Shown: positions 50,058-63,384 of the stretch, piece by piece
Layout of the letters: each line of letters begins with the position of its first letter
Position numbering within the stretch: position 1 is the stretch's first letter
DNA from: Felis catus
Taxonomy: Eukaryota
Assembly: GCF_018350175.1 (NCBI RefSeq)
Contig: NC_058368.1
Location: 12,958,001-13,022,000 of the forward strand
Direction: 5' to 3'
Length of the DNA stretch: 64,000 nt
Program-made: the position numbers and the translations under genes
Notes under the pieces: generated by a model
Database searches by the model: none
Told to the model about the DNA's origin: nothing
The model's input: the letters and a program-made list of their open reading frames with translations, nothing else

Positions 50058-50479
50058 GGCAAGAATAAGCCACTTAGAAAAGTTCCACTCTTCACTTCAC
50101 CTTACACAGTGACACAGTGTTTCTTCAGTGGGATAGAAACAGAAAATGGTGATATGGCACTTTAGGCAGGGAGACTATAAGATGAACCCCACTCTGCCAT
50201 GTGTCCCCTGCCCTGAGTGACATGGGACCCAAGAGTATATGAGATTTGCTATGACTTTTCAGAGATTCAGAAGAAGCTGAGTGTGGGCTGTTGGGCTATA
50301 GAGGCCTGGTGAGTGGATGAGGTGTGTGGACCTGACTGGAACAAAGGTCACTGGGTGAAAAATAAGTTGGTTTATATCAGCAATGGATGGTCCCTCAAGT
50401 CCAAGGAGGGGCTTTGGATGAGATAGACCAATATGGTGGTAAAATAGAAGTTCCCAGGGACTCCATCCAGCAGTAAGAA

Positions 50480-50765
50480 CAATGGCTAACATTCTCATGG
50501 CATTTACTATGTGCCAGATACAATTAACATGGTAAATGCTATGAGATATGCCATGAGATAACATAGTTTAACTCATTTAATATTCAAAACAGTCCTGTGA
50601 GGTGGGTAGCTATTATTATCACCTCCTATTTGACAGAGGGTAGACCCAACGTACAGAGAAGTTAAATAACTTGCCCAAATCCCCATAGCAGTGAAGTAAC
50701 AGAGACAGGAGCTGAAAACATGCAGGATCAGGATCGTGGGCTTACCTAGTATTCCAAATTGCTTC
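50480..50765 (-). mobile_element. MIR
   Basis: TTTACTATGTGCCAGA...CCTGTGAGGTGGGTA...GTTAAATAACTTGCCCAA. Confidence 0.85.
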
Positions 50766-51701
50766 TCTAAGGGAAGGAGGGAGGGGGTGAGACTGAGTAT
50801 TTCCCAAAAAAGATTGAAAGTGGCTCAGTCGCACATGTGGTAACCTGAGGAGCAAGCAACACTCAAAAATAGGGAGATAAAGTTATGTATTTATACACTA
50901 GAATCTATGGCTGTAAAGATAAATATCTGCTACAAATGTTAGTCCTGAATTTTCCATTCAAGTTGTACGGTGATGACAGGATTACTTGTCTCTCATGAAC
51001 CAACAGGTAGGGGCTCCGGCTCCGGGAGGGTTCGTTTAGAGGCTATGACCATGCTCTGAACTCGGTATCCATAGGTATGAGTAAGTTGGGCATTTAAGGT
51101 GTGTTAAATATGCCCTTGTTAAATTTCATGAGTTTGCCAGATCTATCATGTTGATCAGCCCCCCTGTGCCTCATCCCAGTTCTGGCCAGAGCAGGGGATC
51201 TGGAGCTTTGCAGCTTCTTTGGTTGTGCAGCCTCCTTAGGCTGATGGAGCAGAGGCCCCCAGGATTACTGGCTATCCTTACCCTGCACTCTTCCATCTAT
51301 ATCCCATCAGTACTGCTAAGCCCACCACCACTTGCCTATGCTTAAACCTGTGCAGGGTCCATCAGTCTCATGCCATCTAATCAAGTAGGCAGGCACATGT
51401 CTGTTACAATCACTGTTGCATTTGAATGATGAGACCCCAGTGTCTGGGAGGACATTGAAGCCTATCTGAAATGAACTAGTTTCCTCTGAACACAGAGCTG
51501 TAGTTCTTTGTAGAAGAACATGCCCACCTTTGGCCCTGAGTTAAGATTACATCTAAAATAATTTTTTTCTATAGTATTTTGCGGAAAAGTTTTCAAAATC
51601 CATTTTACTTACCACTACTAGTCTGAAATGGATGAAAATAGAGTTTATAGCTTTTTCAGAATCTGAAATCTTAAACTAAGAGGATTTAAAGGAAGGCTAC
51701 C

Positions 51702-51935
51702 GGGGGCGCCTGGGTGGCGCAGTCGGTTAAGCGTCCGACTTCAGCCAGGTCACGATCTCGCGGTCCGTGAGTTCGAGCCCCGCGTCAGGCTCTGGGCTGA
51801 TGGCTCGGAGCCTGGAGCCTGTTTCCGATTCTGTGTCTCCCTCTCTCTCTGCCCCTCCCCCGTTCATGCTCTGTCTCTCTCTGTCCCAAAAATAAATAAA
51901 CGTTGAAAAAAAAAATTAAAAAATAAAAAAAAAAT
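51702..51935 (+). mobile_element. Very young feline Can-SINE
   Basis: CpG-rich, near consensus; perfect TSD AAAGGAAGGCTACC. Confidence 0.98.
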
Positions 51936-53257
51936 AAAGGAAGGCTACCTAGTTGCTAATAAAATATCATATTGCATTTATTCTTTTTGATATTGTAAAT
52001 TCACCAAGAAAGACAGGAGAAGAGAGGTCTGACAAACATTGCTAGTCCTAAATTATCCTAGAAGGTTGGCAAAATGCCAAGAAAAGAAGGGTTCTATGAT
52101 GGATAGGAAAATATTATAGAAGTGCTTGCCATAGCCCTCTTTTCTAAACACAGCCAGAACACTTATGGGATTTTGTTCCAAAACATTTTAATTATATATA
52201 ATGGAAGAGTGTTGCCAGATAAACATATCTCTGATTTCATATTGCAAGTCAATGGAAAAAATGGGTCTACTTTTAAAGATTTAATTAACACTAAATGTAC
52301 TAATTATGTCATTAGAGTGTATTAAAAGTTATTGCCATGGTGATTTTTATTTTAGAAAGATCACATAGCCCCAAATATTTTCCCCCAAACATTCCAAATG
52401 AAATTTTCATGTAATATCCTTTAACATTTTTTTCTGGAAAATGTTATTCTGTGTAGAAACTTCAGAAAATGTGGCAAAGTAAAAGAAAACAAATTGACTC
52501 ATAATCTCCAACCATACATGAATACTGTTACTGTGTAGTATGTGAATATGCTTATTATATTTATGTATTTGTACTCAAGTATATAGATTTGATATAGTCA
52601 CATACAATATATCTATATATTTGAAATCATACTATATATTTAATTCCATATCCTACTTTTTCACAAGAAAATTTCTGAACTTTTTCTTATGCTATTATAA
52701 TTTAATAAGTGGATTATTTCCATTTTTTGTGTTATAAATAACGTTAACATTTTTTGAGTTAAATATTTGTCCATATTCCTGTTTCTTTTGTTCTTTCTTT
52801 CCTTTTTTTTTTTTTTCCAAATTTTGAAATAGTTTATTGGTGGCAACCATTTCAGTTGCATTTATCTACTTAGCTCCATTAACACATGAAGGACAATATA
52901 TTACTCTTAGGTTTTATGTGTATGGAATGTCTTATGAAAGACTCTTGTTTATATGAAACTTTAGTAGTTCTTTCTAATTGCAGTGCAGTTATGTAATGAG
53001 GATGTGTATTGCACACATTGTCAGATTTCGTTTTGGTAGATTAATCAAGGACGAAATATTCTATACATAAATACTGAGGTTTGTAATTATTTGTTACTAA
53101 AGAATATTTATTGCTCACTCCTAAATGTATTTGAAAATTAGACTATGTAATAAAGTTCCAAGCAATGTAGTTTATTATACAAATTAATAACATTTCAAAG
53201 ATGTTTGAAAATAGAAAGAGACATAATCTATTAATAGTATTAATTAGACATTAGAAC

Positions 53258-54943
53258 TTTATTTTTTAATTAATTATTTTTTAATTTACATCCAAGTTAG
53301 CTAACATGTGGTGTAATAATGATTTCAGGAGTAGAATTTAGTGATTCATCACTTACATATAACATCCAGTGCTCATCCCAAGTGTCCTCCTCAATGCCCA
53401 TCATCCATTTAGCCCATCCCCCCACCCAAAACCCCTCCAGCAACCCTCAGTTTATTCTCTGTATTGAGAGTCTCTTATTGTTTGTCCCCTTCTCTGTTTT
53501 TATATTATTTTTGTTTCCCTTACCTTCTGTTTGTCTGTTTTGTATCTTAAATTCCACATATGAATGAAGTCATATGATATTTGTCTTTCTCTAATTTCAC
53601 TTAGCATAATACACTCTAGCTCCATCTACACTGTGGCAAATGGCAAGATTTCATTCTTTTTGATCGCTGAGTAATGTTCCATTGTATATATGTACCACAT
53701 CTTCTTTATCCATTCATCAGTCAGTGGACATTTGGGCTCTTTCCATACTTTGGCTATTGCCAACAGCACTGCTATAAACATTAGGGTTCATGTGCCCCTT
53801 TAAAACAGTACTCCTGTGTCCTTTGGAGAAATACCTAGCAGTGCAATTGCTGGGTCATAGGGTAGTTCTATTTTTAATTTTTTTGAGGAACCTCCACACT
53901 GTTCTTCAGAGTGACTGAACAAGTTTGCATTCTACCAGCAGTGCAAAAGGCTTCCTCTTTTTCTGCCTTCTCGCCAACATCTGTTGTTTCCTGAGTTGTT
54001 AATGTTAGCCATTCTGACAGGTGTGAGGTGGTATCTCGTTGTGGTTTTGATTTGTATTTCCCTGATGATGAGTGATGTCGAACATCTTTTCTTGTGTCTG
54101 TTGGCCGTCTGGATGTCTTCATTCGAAAAGTGTCTATTCACGTCTTTTGCCCATTTCTTCACTGGATTATTTGTTTTTTGGGTATTGAGTTTGGTAAGTT
54201 CTTTATAGATTTTGGATACTAACCCTTTATCTGATATGTCATTTGCAAATATCTTCTCCCGATCTGTTGGTTGCCTTTTAGTTTTGCTGATTGTTTCCTT
54301 CTCTGTGCAGAAGCTTCTTATCTTAATGAGGTCCCGATAGTTCATCTTTGCTTTTGCTTACCTTGCCTCCACAGACATGTCAAGTAAGAAGTTGCTATGG
54401 CCAAGGTCAGAGAGGTTGTTGCCTGTTTTCTCCTTTAGAATTTTGATGTCATCCTGTCTTACCTTTAGGTATTTCATCCATTTTGAGTTTATTTTTGTGT
54501 ATGGTGTAAGTTTATTTTGTGTATGTGTATGGTCCAGGTTTATTCTTCTGCATGTTGCTGTCCAGTTTTCCCAACACCATTTGCTGAAGAGACAGTCTTT
54601 TTTCCATTGAATATTCTTTCCTGCTTTGTCAAAGATTAGTTGGCCATATGTTTGTGGGTCCATTTATGGGTTTTCTGTTCTGTTCCATTGATCTATGTGT
54701 CTGTTTTTGTGCCAGTACCATACTGTCTTGATGATTGCAACTTTGTAATACATCTTGAAGTCTGGAATTGTGATGCCTCCAGTTTTGGTTTTCTTTTTCA
54801 GGATTGCTTTGGCTATTCAGGGTCTTTTCTGGCGCCATAAAAATTTTAGGATTGTTTGTTCCAGCTCTGTGAAGAATGCTATTTTGATAGGTGTTATTTT
54901 GATAGGGATTGCATTGAACATGTAGATTGCTTTGGGTAGTATC
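53258..54943 (-). mobile_element. Carnivore L1, 5'-truncated, ORF2 C-terminal region + 3' UTR (disrupted)
   Basis: Fragments YGQLIFDKAGKNIQWKKD.LFSKWCWENW and [23 protein letters not shown] are L1 ORF2p; frameshifted. Confidence 0.97.
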
Positions 54944-55851
54944 AACTCCTGTTTATTTCTTTAAAGTGGAGTGCTAGAAGACACTTTTGAGTCAGAAAGA
55001 GTCAGCATTTTAAGGTTCTTAATGTAGCTTGCCAAATTGCCTTCTAGAATCTTTGTGATAATTTAATACTTCTGGCATCACTGAGAATTTTCCCCTAATA
55101 CTTGAACAATTGAATAAATGAAAACTGAATTGTACAGCTTTATTTTTCTGTCTATCATTACTACAGAGGCTTACCATTTTCACATCATAAATTAGCTCTT
55201 TTAATTTTCTCTTCCATGACTTGTCAGTTCATGATATTAGTCACTTGCCTCTTGAAGATTTGGGGATTTTCTTGCTAATAATGTGTATTTTCATGGGGCA
55301 TTAGTGGAGATAAATTAACATCTTTGGGGAAGAGAATACACATGGAGATCTCAAACCTGGATTCCCAGCATGATCTCCGTCTTCCCACTTCCCTTCATTC
55401 TTCAGGAAAATAGCATCATTTGGCATCACCTGTCATTTCTTTATGAATTTCTAATGCTATAAATTGGTACACTGCATTCTCTCTCTCTTTTTTTTTTTCT
55501 TAGAACAGTTTTTAGTGCTTGTTTATGCTTGGGACAAATGTAGACTTTGACTGTTTCAGCCTATCTTTGCTTGATATGTAAGACTTTAGGTGCTGTTGAT
55601 GTTCTCCTCAACTTTGGTTTGTAGATCCTGAATCTTGGCTATATTGGACTGTGAAGAATTTCCTAGGCACCGACATGGTGGGAATATTCTGATGAACATC
55701 GATTTTCTAAGATTGGCTGAAGGGCCTGGGACAGGACAATATGACTACTAGGTGTGAAAATGGTCTTTGCTGCTCATCGTGGTAAGAAAAGTGAGATTGA
55801 AATGAGAAGAGTTTGTGGATTCAGTTGTAATGTGGCTTGTTTCATCTGAGC

Positions 55852-55993
55852 CAGTGGTGCTCAGACTTCAGCACACATCAATGTCTCCAGCATAGGTGCT
55901 GGGCTCCACCCCAGCATTTCTGATTCAATGGGTCTGCTGAGGGTCAGGTGATACTGATGCTGCTGGCTGGGGACCACACTTTGAGAACCATTG
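55852..55993 (+). mobile_element. MER5A-like (hAT-Charlie)
   Basis: TIRs CAGTGGTGCTCAGA / TTTGAGAACCATTG; 8-bp TSD ATCTGAGC / ATATAAGC. Confidence 0.88.
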
Positions 55994-56146
55994 ATATAAG
56001 CTCTCTGAGAGCTGAGATTAAGATTTCTGTGGTGCTGATCCATAAATGAGATCTATAAACTCTTTTAAGATGTTGCCAGTTAAAGTGGACCAAAATGACT
56101 GGGAAAATCAAAATGACTGGTCTTGCAGGGTCACCACATTTTTTTT

Positions 56147-56165
56147 TTACCTCGAGGGGGCGTCA
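56147..56165 (+). promoter_or_regulatory. Candidate CTCF site
   Basis: TTACCTCGAGGGGGCGTCA matches core CCNCNAGGGGGCG; two CpGs retained. Confidence 0.5.
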
Positions 56166-57283
56166 TTCCCATGTGAATGACTGCTCATAAAGTTGTCTTT
56201 TGCATTTGCATGTGGCCATACACAGGTACCCTGAAGGCTGATAGCGGAAATAATTTTTTCTTTATGACATCTGATTTTTTTGAAACACTGAACATCCCTT
56301 TCCCCTGCCTCTAAGAGCTCCCAATCCCCAGTCCAAAGATCAAATTTATAGTTATCTGTTTTCCTCCAGTTTTTTATGAATTCTCTTTTTTATACTTTAA
56401 TTATACACCAAGTCAAGTTCTGTTCATGTATCCTGTGGGGTGGTGATTAAAACAGTATATTGTTTCCCTAAAAGGCAATTTTCTCAACACTTTTTGAATA
56501 AAACATTTGTATTTCACTGATTTATGATTCTGTTTTTTTCCATATGTTTTATGTGTATATATATTTATATTCCAATACTGTGTATATTGTCCTTACTGTG
56601 CTAGCTCATTTATTCTACAAATGTTTACTGTGTTCCAGGCACTGTGGAGATATCAAAATGAATAAAATAGTCATGAACAGAACACATGTGGGCTCTGCCT
56701 GCATGAAATTTAGCATCTCAATAATCTGTTCAATTGTTCATCTATTGGTACATGGGTACCACACTGATTTTAATTTGTGGTACAGAAATTTCCTCCTCAT
56801 TACCACCAAAAAAAAACCCCTTAGTGATCCTTACCCATTTATTCTTCTAAATATCATTTTGTAAATTTCAAAGAGGTGAAGAAAACCACTTTTTTTAAAT
56901 GTGTATCTTTGATTGGAATTATCTTACAGTAAGTATTTATTTAGAAGAACGGATGTCTTTTATAGTAATCTTTCCCTCAAAAAAAGTGCTGTTCTCCCTC
57001 ATTTATTAGGGTCTTCTTTCATATTTCCTGAGTTATAAGATAAAATGCAAGTACTAAAATGTGTTAGTTAGGCTGTATTGTAAAGTATATTTTATTAGTG
57101 ACACAAGAAATTCTAAGAATCTTCAGGGTTGAGCCCCTTGGAAGGAATGAAGAAAGAGGTTGTCAAATAGAAAATAGAGAGAAAGCATTGCCCTAGAGCA
57201 AGGATAGTCAGCAAATTCTTATATCAAGTTGATTATGTGAAGTACTGGATGATCCACTATGTCTAAATCAGTATTATGTATGT

Positions 57284-57321
<38 letters not shown>

Positions 57322-58890
57322 ACGCACATTTTTGTTTGTTTCTTCTACAAAGCACATTGCTATGTAAGTTTGAAACAGTGGGGACCCCAGTCCCTAAACA
57401 ATATTCCTGGGATCCTGACAACAACGACTGGCTTTTGCTATGCAGATTTGCAAACATTGGTTGAGACTTGTATACTGACAGCTTAAACGGACAATATGCC
57501 TACAATCTGTGTGCCAACTGGCACATGCTGATAACGTCTGACAGGCCTCTCTTGTCAAAGCTTTTGAACACCTAATAAATACAATTGTACTCTCTTCACC
57601 CTTTGAAAAATCAGAGATACTCATTTTCCCCTTTGAGGTACAGATGGCGATATCATAAGAGCTTTGAGCCAGCTGCTCAGCCTCATTGATGCAAGCTCTT
57701 ATGGCAGACAATAAATTCCTCAAATCTGTGATTGTTTTTCCTTTTCCTTTTCTAGCTTGCCAATGCCAAGCTGATAATGGGGAATATACGCCTCAATAGC
57801 AGTTTCGGTATTAGAGGTCACAAAGCACATGGAGGTCTGGGTGAACAAATAAAGAAGGTGCAATAATCACATTCTACCTGTTCTACATCATTTGGGAATG
57901 AGGTCTTATTGTGTTAAAATGAACTGCTGGTCAGTGCCGGGGAATAAATGTACCCTGAGAACATAATATTGGTTTAGTGATTGTCTTTTATTACCACAGC
58001 TTCTGTGGTCATTGCTATTATTGGGCTGGATGCTCATCTCCTTTGTGATGTTTAAAGAGACCTAGCCATGATGAACATAATTGTTACCATTTATAACACT
58101 GGGCCAGATTCTCATCCTCTATCTCTGGTGTAACAAAGAGATAGTAAATCAATGAGATGATAGAATTTAATAATGTGCCAAGAATTTCATTGTTGGTGAG
58201 ACTTTTTCAACGGATGACTTAGGAAATTTGAAAACAAGATTGGGGGCAGAAACTTTTTTTGTTTCTTATTAAGAATCACTGACCCTCTTGGGGGTAAAAA
58301 TCTCCCAGATCAGATGCATATAAAGGAAAATAATTTGTTTTCTTTTATCTTTTTATGAGAAAGAAATATTAAAAACATTCTAAAGCCCTCCAAATTTGGG
58401 ATTTTCAAGTTTCAATTGAATAGCTACATGAAATTGAGAGAAATATGCCATTTTAATATGATGGATGACTGGAGACTCCAGGATCAGGGAAGGAAGGAAT
58501 AGTAACAGAAGGAAGTGGGTGAACTAACCATTGAATGGTGTGGGGATGCAGAGAGGGTCAGACAGGCGAAGGGGAGAAGCAGAGAGGGGAGAAGGTGGGG
58601 AAGAGAGGGCAAAAGAAGAGAAATGGGCCAGAGGAATCCAATATTTATAAATAGAGCAGACAGACAAAGGCAAGACAAATAAGAAAATAATTGAGAGGGA
58701 GAATGTGAGAGGGAAACAGGATGAGGAGGCAGGAAGAGGGAGAAGGAAACAACGAGAGATATAGCAAACTCCCTGAGTTCTGAGATAACCATGTGTTTTG
58801 GCTTGGGTCCTTCTGTTGTTATTTGGACATCAGAATTAGTAACCACCCAATTCTTCTGATAGCCCAGGTTCTGAGGCTCCCATCTTTCTA

Positions 58891-59110
58891 AAATTTTTTT
58901 AATGTTTATTTATTTTTGAGAGAGAGAGAGTGCAAGCAGGGGAGGGGCAGAGAGAGAGGGGGACACAGAATCTGAAGAGGTTCCAGGCTCTGAGCTGTCA
59001 GCACAGAGCCCGATGTGAGGCTCGAACTCACCAACCATGCGATCATGATCTGAGTCTCATGACCTGAGTTGAAGTCAGATGCTTAACCGACTGAGCCACC
59101 TAGGTTCCCC
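58891..59110 (-). mobile_element. Feline Can-SINE
   Basis: TSD AGGCTCCCATCTTTCTA / AGGCTCCGCTCTTTCTA. Confidence 0.96.
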
Positions 59111-60923
59111 AAGGCTCCGCTCTTTCTATAGCTTGATCCCTGCTCCTTATTCCTGACAGTGTGGTTTTTATGATCCATGCAGACCTTGATTAGATTCAGC
59201 AGTAGACATCCTTGCCCTTAGCCCATCTTTGCCTTTTGTGTTGCATTTCTTGTAAGCAGGTCTCTTGTCATTTGTTTCCTGTGCCAGGGCATCTATCCTT
59301 GGTTATCTCTCTAGTACCATTTTCTCTCTAAGTGTTAAGTGTTGCCTTTCTCCTATAAGTAACTTTTTGGGGACCTGGAGACCTTGCTTGCAACCAAAAC
59401 CCCAAACTCTCAATTCATGAAGTTTCTGCCAGCGTGGATGGCTGGATCCCACCCTTGCTGATGGCCTGCCCACGTGGCAGTGTGCCCGGCTGAACCTCTC
59501 CTCACAGACTGCCTAAACCTCCACATTTTGGATCTTTTGGCTGCCTTTCTTGGTTTGAGGGTCTTTTAGTTACCAGATAATTGGATCATATCAGTGTCCT
59601 AAAATATGTTAATCTTCCCTTTGAAGTGTTACAATTTTCTTTTTCTGCCTTGAGATGTCTTCCCACCCCACCCAGATGTCAAGGGGAGAAAAGCATGTTA
59701 TGGGATTCTGGAAGTAATAATTATGACAAAACAATTTAAACTTTAGAAATGTAGTTATAAAATTTTAAAGTGCCACCAACTTCCTATTTATGAGCAGGAA
59801 GTCTCTTTGACATTCAAATGATGCCAAAATATCTTACCTTTCTTCTTTGGGAAATTAGGCCTCCTCTCTTCCATAATGTGTAGAAGTTTTACTTGGAATT
59901 ACTATCACATGCTACTTACTAGAAATGGATGGAATTAAGTAGCTGGTGACCTGAAATTGTCCCACTTCCAAACTTGTGAGTATAAGTGAGGTGTTGGTCG
60001 CAATTAAATTTCCTTCCCAATTAAAAATAAGTTTTTTCTTCTTTCATATGTTCAATATACTGCTTTTTAATGTTTTACTAATAACTTTTGATTGTAGCAC
60101 TTTCCTTTGATCCTAATTTATGGGGTGGTAGTGGGAAGAGAGGATTTAGAATTTCACTGTGATTCACCTTTACACAAAAAAGATGTGGCTTAAAGCACTG
60201 TCCAATTTCTTCTTGAAACTTTTGTTACCTTCCTCATCCTATCACTCACAGGCATGTTCCAATTCACTTTGTAGGGGAAAGACAGAGTTAGCAACACTCT
60301 GGTCTGTTAGGGAAAACAAAAACAAAAAGAAACAATGTCTTAAAAATACCTTTCAAAACTTAAATCCATTGCCTGTATCTACACAATTATACCAGAACAG
60401 ACTAGCAGGAAAAGGTTTGTTGGGGCTGAAGCACCATTTCACAGTTGAAGCTGTTGCACGAATGGCATGAGCAGATCCACACACATGATACACTGGGAGA
60501 CATGTGTAGCACCTGGGCCGCAGAACTGGCCTTATCTTTCTTCTGTGTGGAGTTCTGGTACGAGTGGTGTGGTATGCACATGTGTGCATGTGGGCACAGG
60601 GGGCTTGGTGTAATAATGGGAGAAGGGAGAGGCAGACAGCACAAGGAAGTCCGATAGCCTCATGCACATTGTCCCAAAGGCATGGAAAGCTCAAGGGGTC
60701 TTTGAAATAGCTTCTGGGAGATGCAGTCAATGAGAAAAGTCATGGTAATGAGTAACCCCGATGGCGGGTGATGGTCCGTATGAGGTGGGAATGGGCAGAG
60801 TAGCTCTGGGAGACAAAGACACCGACACCTACATTTTACTTTGGAACTGAGAATATACTAGGGCTGGATTGTATTATGGGGCAATTTTCCTGGACTAAAG
60901 TCTTATCCATCTATAAGCATGGG

Positions 60924-61280
60924 TGCTGTATGGCTTGAATTGTGTCCTCAAAAAAGATGAAGTCTCAACCCCCAGTAGCTGTGAATGTGACCTTTTTTTT
61001 TTTTTTGAAATAAGGTCTGTTATGAGGCAAAAGATTTCCCGCCCCCCCCCAACCCGGCTCCAATTCATTTGTCAAAGCCCTAATCCCTGGTACAGCAGAA
61101 TGTAACCATATTTGGAAATAAAATCATTGCAGGTGCAATTAGTCAAGAGGAGACTATTAGTGTGGAACCTAATCCGGTCTGACATGTGTCCTTATGAAGG
61201 AGGGAAATCTGAATATGGAAACAGATATGCACACAAAGAAAATGCCATATGACGATGAAGGTTGAGAATGGGGTGATTTA
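60924..61280 (+). mobile_element. Two consecutive MLT1B/C-like LTR 5' portions
   Basis: TG..TATGGCTTGAATTGTGTCC start, restarted at 61018 (TGTTATG); GAATGT(G/A)ACC..TTTG.AAATAA occurs twice. Confidence 0.8.
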
Positions 61281-61383
61281 CGAACATGGATTTGGAATAC
61301 ATATAAGAGGATTAGCAGGTAACTTAGAGTTACAAAATGAGTTACAAAAATGTTTAGCTTTACTTGTTACCTAAAATTGATTT

Positions 61384-61598
61384 GGGGTGCCTGGGTGGCT
61401 CAGGTGGTTGGGTATCCGACTTCGGCTCAGGTCATGATCTCACAGTTCATGGGTTCGAGCCCCACGTTGGGCTCTGTGCTGACAGCTCAGAGCCTGCAGC
61501 CTGCTTTGGATTCTGTCTCTCTCTCTCTGCCCCTTCCCCACTCACACTCTGTCTCTCTCTGTCTCATAAATAAATAAACATTAAAAAAAATTTTTAAT
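61384..61598 (+). mobile_element. Feline Can-SINE
   Basis: Full body; TSD core CTAAAATTG. Confidence 0.95.
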
Positions 61599-62254
61599 GA
61601 ATCTAACTAAAATTGTATTTTAGATTAACTCTGCTACTTAAAAAAATCTAAGTGGCTATCTGAGAGCAATAAGATTTGTTCCTCTAATGTGCTCCTGAGG
61701 GTGGTGGCGCTAATCATTATTTCTCAAACTACTAGTCTATTAATATTTATGAGGATGACTGTGGAATACCTGGCCCTTCTTGTAAGTCTCTGTTCCCTGC
61801 ACAGGGGAGCCAATCCTACATGGAGGGACTACTTTTCTCTGTTCTTGGTTATAGGACAATGCCCATTGTACATATTCATCTGGAAGGTCATTAAGGAAGA
61901 GAAATGACCCATTGGTTTTACCAAGGTTTCTATTACCTGAGTTAGTTTAGTTATTTCTCCTCTCCCCCCCCATCCCTTTCCACACAGTCCAAGGATGTTT
62001 GCAAATTTCCTAAAGGAGTATTTTTGTTGCTATAATTTTGCATTTTCAAAGCCATAGCTCAAGATAAAGCCTAACCACAAGAAACAGGATTGTATTTTAT
62101 ATTATGCCCCCAAAACAAGAGTTGCAAACTAAAATGCCTTCAAGGCCATGAAGGTAACTTCAAAAAATAAAGTAATTGGAAGTTTGCATGTTAAATATGT
62201 TGGCATATTCTTCACTTCCTCAGGGAAATATGTTCCATCCCACTTTTTAAATCA

Positions 62255-62710
62255 TATTTTATTTTTAAACTTTTTATTGAAGCTTAACTTATGTTCAGAA
62301 AAACCTTAAGTTTCAACTTTATGAATTTTCACGAAGTAAGAGCACGCATGAAACAAGCATGAGGTTGAGAAACAGAATGTCATTAGCACCCTATAGAGGC
62401 CCCCCTTGGAACCTCTCATGGTCATTACCTTTCCTGGAGGTAACCATTATACTGAATTTTAACATTGTAGATCAATTTGGTATTCCTATTTTTGCATCTT
62501 ATACAAGTCGAATCATACAGCAAGCATATAGTATTTTATTATCTTGTTTTCTCAGCATTGTGATATATATTTGTGATTTCTTCATTCTCATCACTGAATA
62601 GCGTGTCATTGTATGAATATACTACAATTTATTTAACTATTTTAAATAGGGATTTGGGTACTTTTCAGTTGTCTCTATCACAAAAGGTGCTACTATAGAC
62701 ATGCTATTAG
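62255..62710 (-). mobile_element. L1ME/MD 3' end
   Basis: TTTTTATTGAAG...GAAACAGAATGTCATTAGCACCC...GGTAACCATTATACTGAATTTTAAC. Confidence 0.8.
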
Positions 62711-62711
62711 G

Positions 62712-63078
62712 CCCCATACCTTCTTGCTCTATGAACATTTTCCATTTGGGCATTCCTGAGTTGTACCCTTTATAATAAAGGATGGATAAAGTAAACCTAA
62801 GTACACTATTTTTCTGACTTCTGTGAACTGTTCTAGTAAATTATTGAACCTGAGGAGGGGATCGTAGGGACTCCTGATTTATAGCCAGTTGGAAGTATGG
62901 ATGGCTCTGGACTTGTGGCTGGTGTCTGAAGTGGGGGCAGTTTTGTGAGACTGAGCCCTTAACCTGTAGTATCTGTACTAAGTCTGGGTCAGTAGTGTTA
63001 GAATTGAATGGAATTTCTGGACACCACTTGGTGTTTGGAGAATAAGAGAATTGGTTGTGGTGTCAGAAAAAACACTCC
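62712..63078 (+). mobile_element. MER21C-like ERVL LTR fragment
   Basis: TTCTAGTAAATTATTGAACCTGAGGAGGGGATCGT...CTGAAGTGGGGCAG...GACTGAGCCCTTAACCTGT. Confidence 0.8.
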
Positions 63079-63120
63079 AGAGCATAAAATTATTTCCTCT
63101 TGTCCTTTAAATATTGGTCA

Positions 63121-63238
63121 AGGGGTGGCTTAGTTGGTTAAGCATCTGACTCTTGGTTTCTACTCAGGTCATGATCTCAAGGTTGTGGGATTAAGCCCCA
63201 CCTTGGGCTCTACACTGACAGTGTGGAGGCTGCTTGGG

Positions 63239-63286
<48 letters not shown>

Positions 63287-63378
63287 CCTTCTCTGCTCAT
63301 GCTGTCTTTCTCTCTCTCTCTCTCTCTCTCAAAATAAATAAATAAAAGTTTAAAAAAATAAAAAAAATTAAAAATAAG
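63121..63378 (+). mobile_element. Can-SINE with expanded (CT)n
   Basis: Head slightly deleted, long CT arrays, A-tail. Confidence 0.93.
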
Positions 63379-63384
63379 TATTTG

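Noticed and set aside
51702..51790. tRNA-like A/B boxes (also in the other SINEs)
   Set aside because: SINE heads with CT block, A-tail and TSD, not tRNA genes.
53874..54838. ORFs with real protein similarity
   Set aside because: Broken L1 ORF2 fragments, not a host gene.
58490..58770. GA-rich tract giving a 120-aa Leu/Ser/Pro ORF
   Set aside because: Low-complexity artefact.
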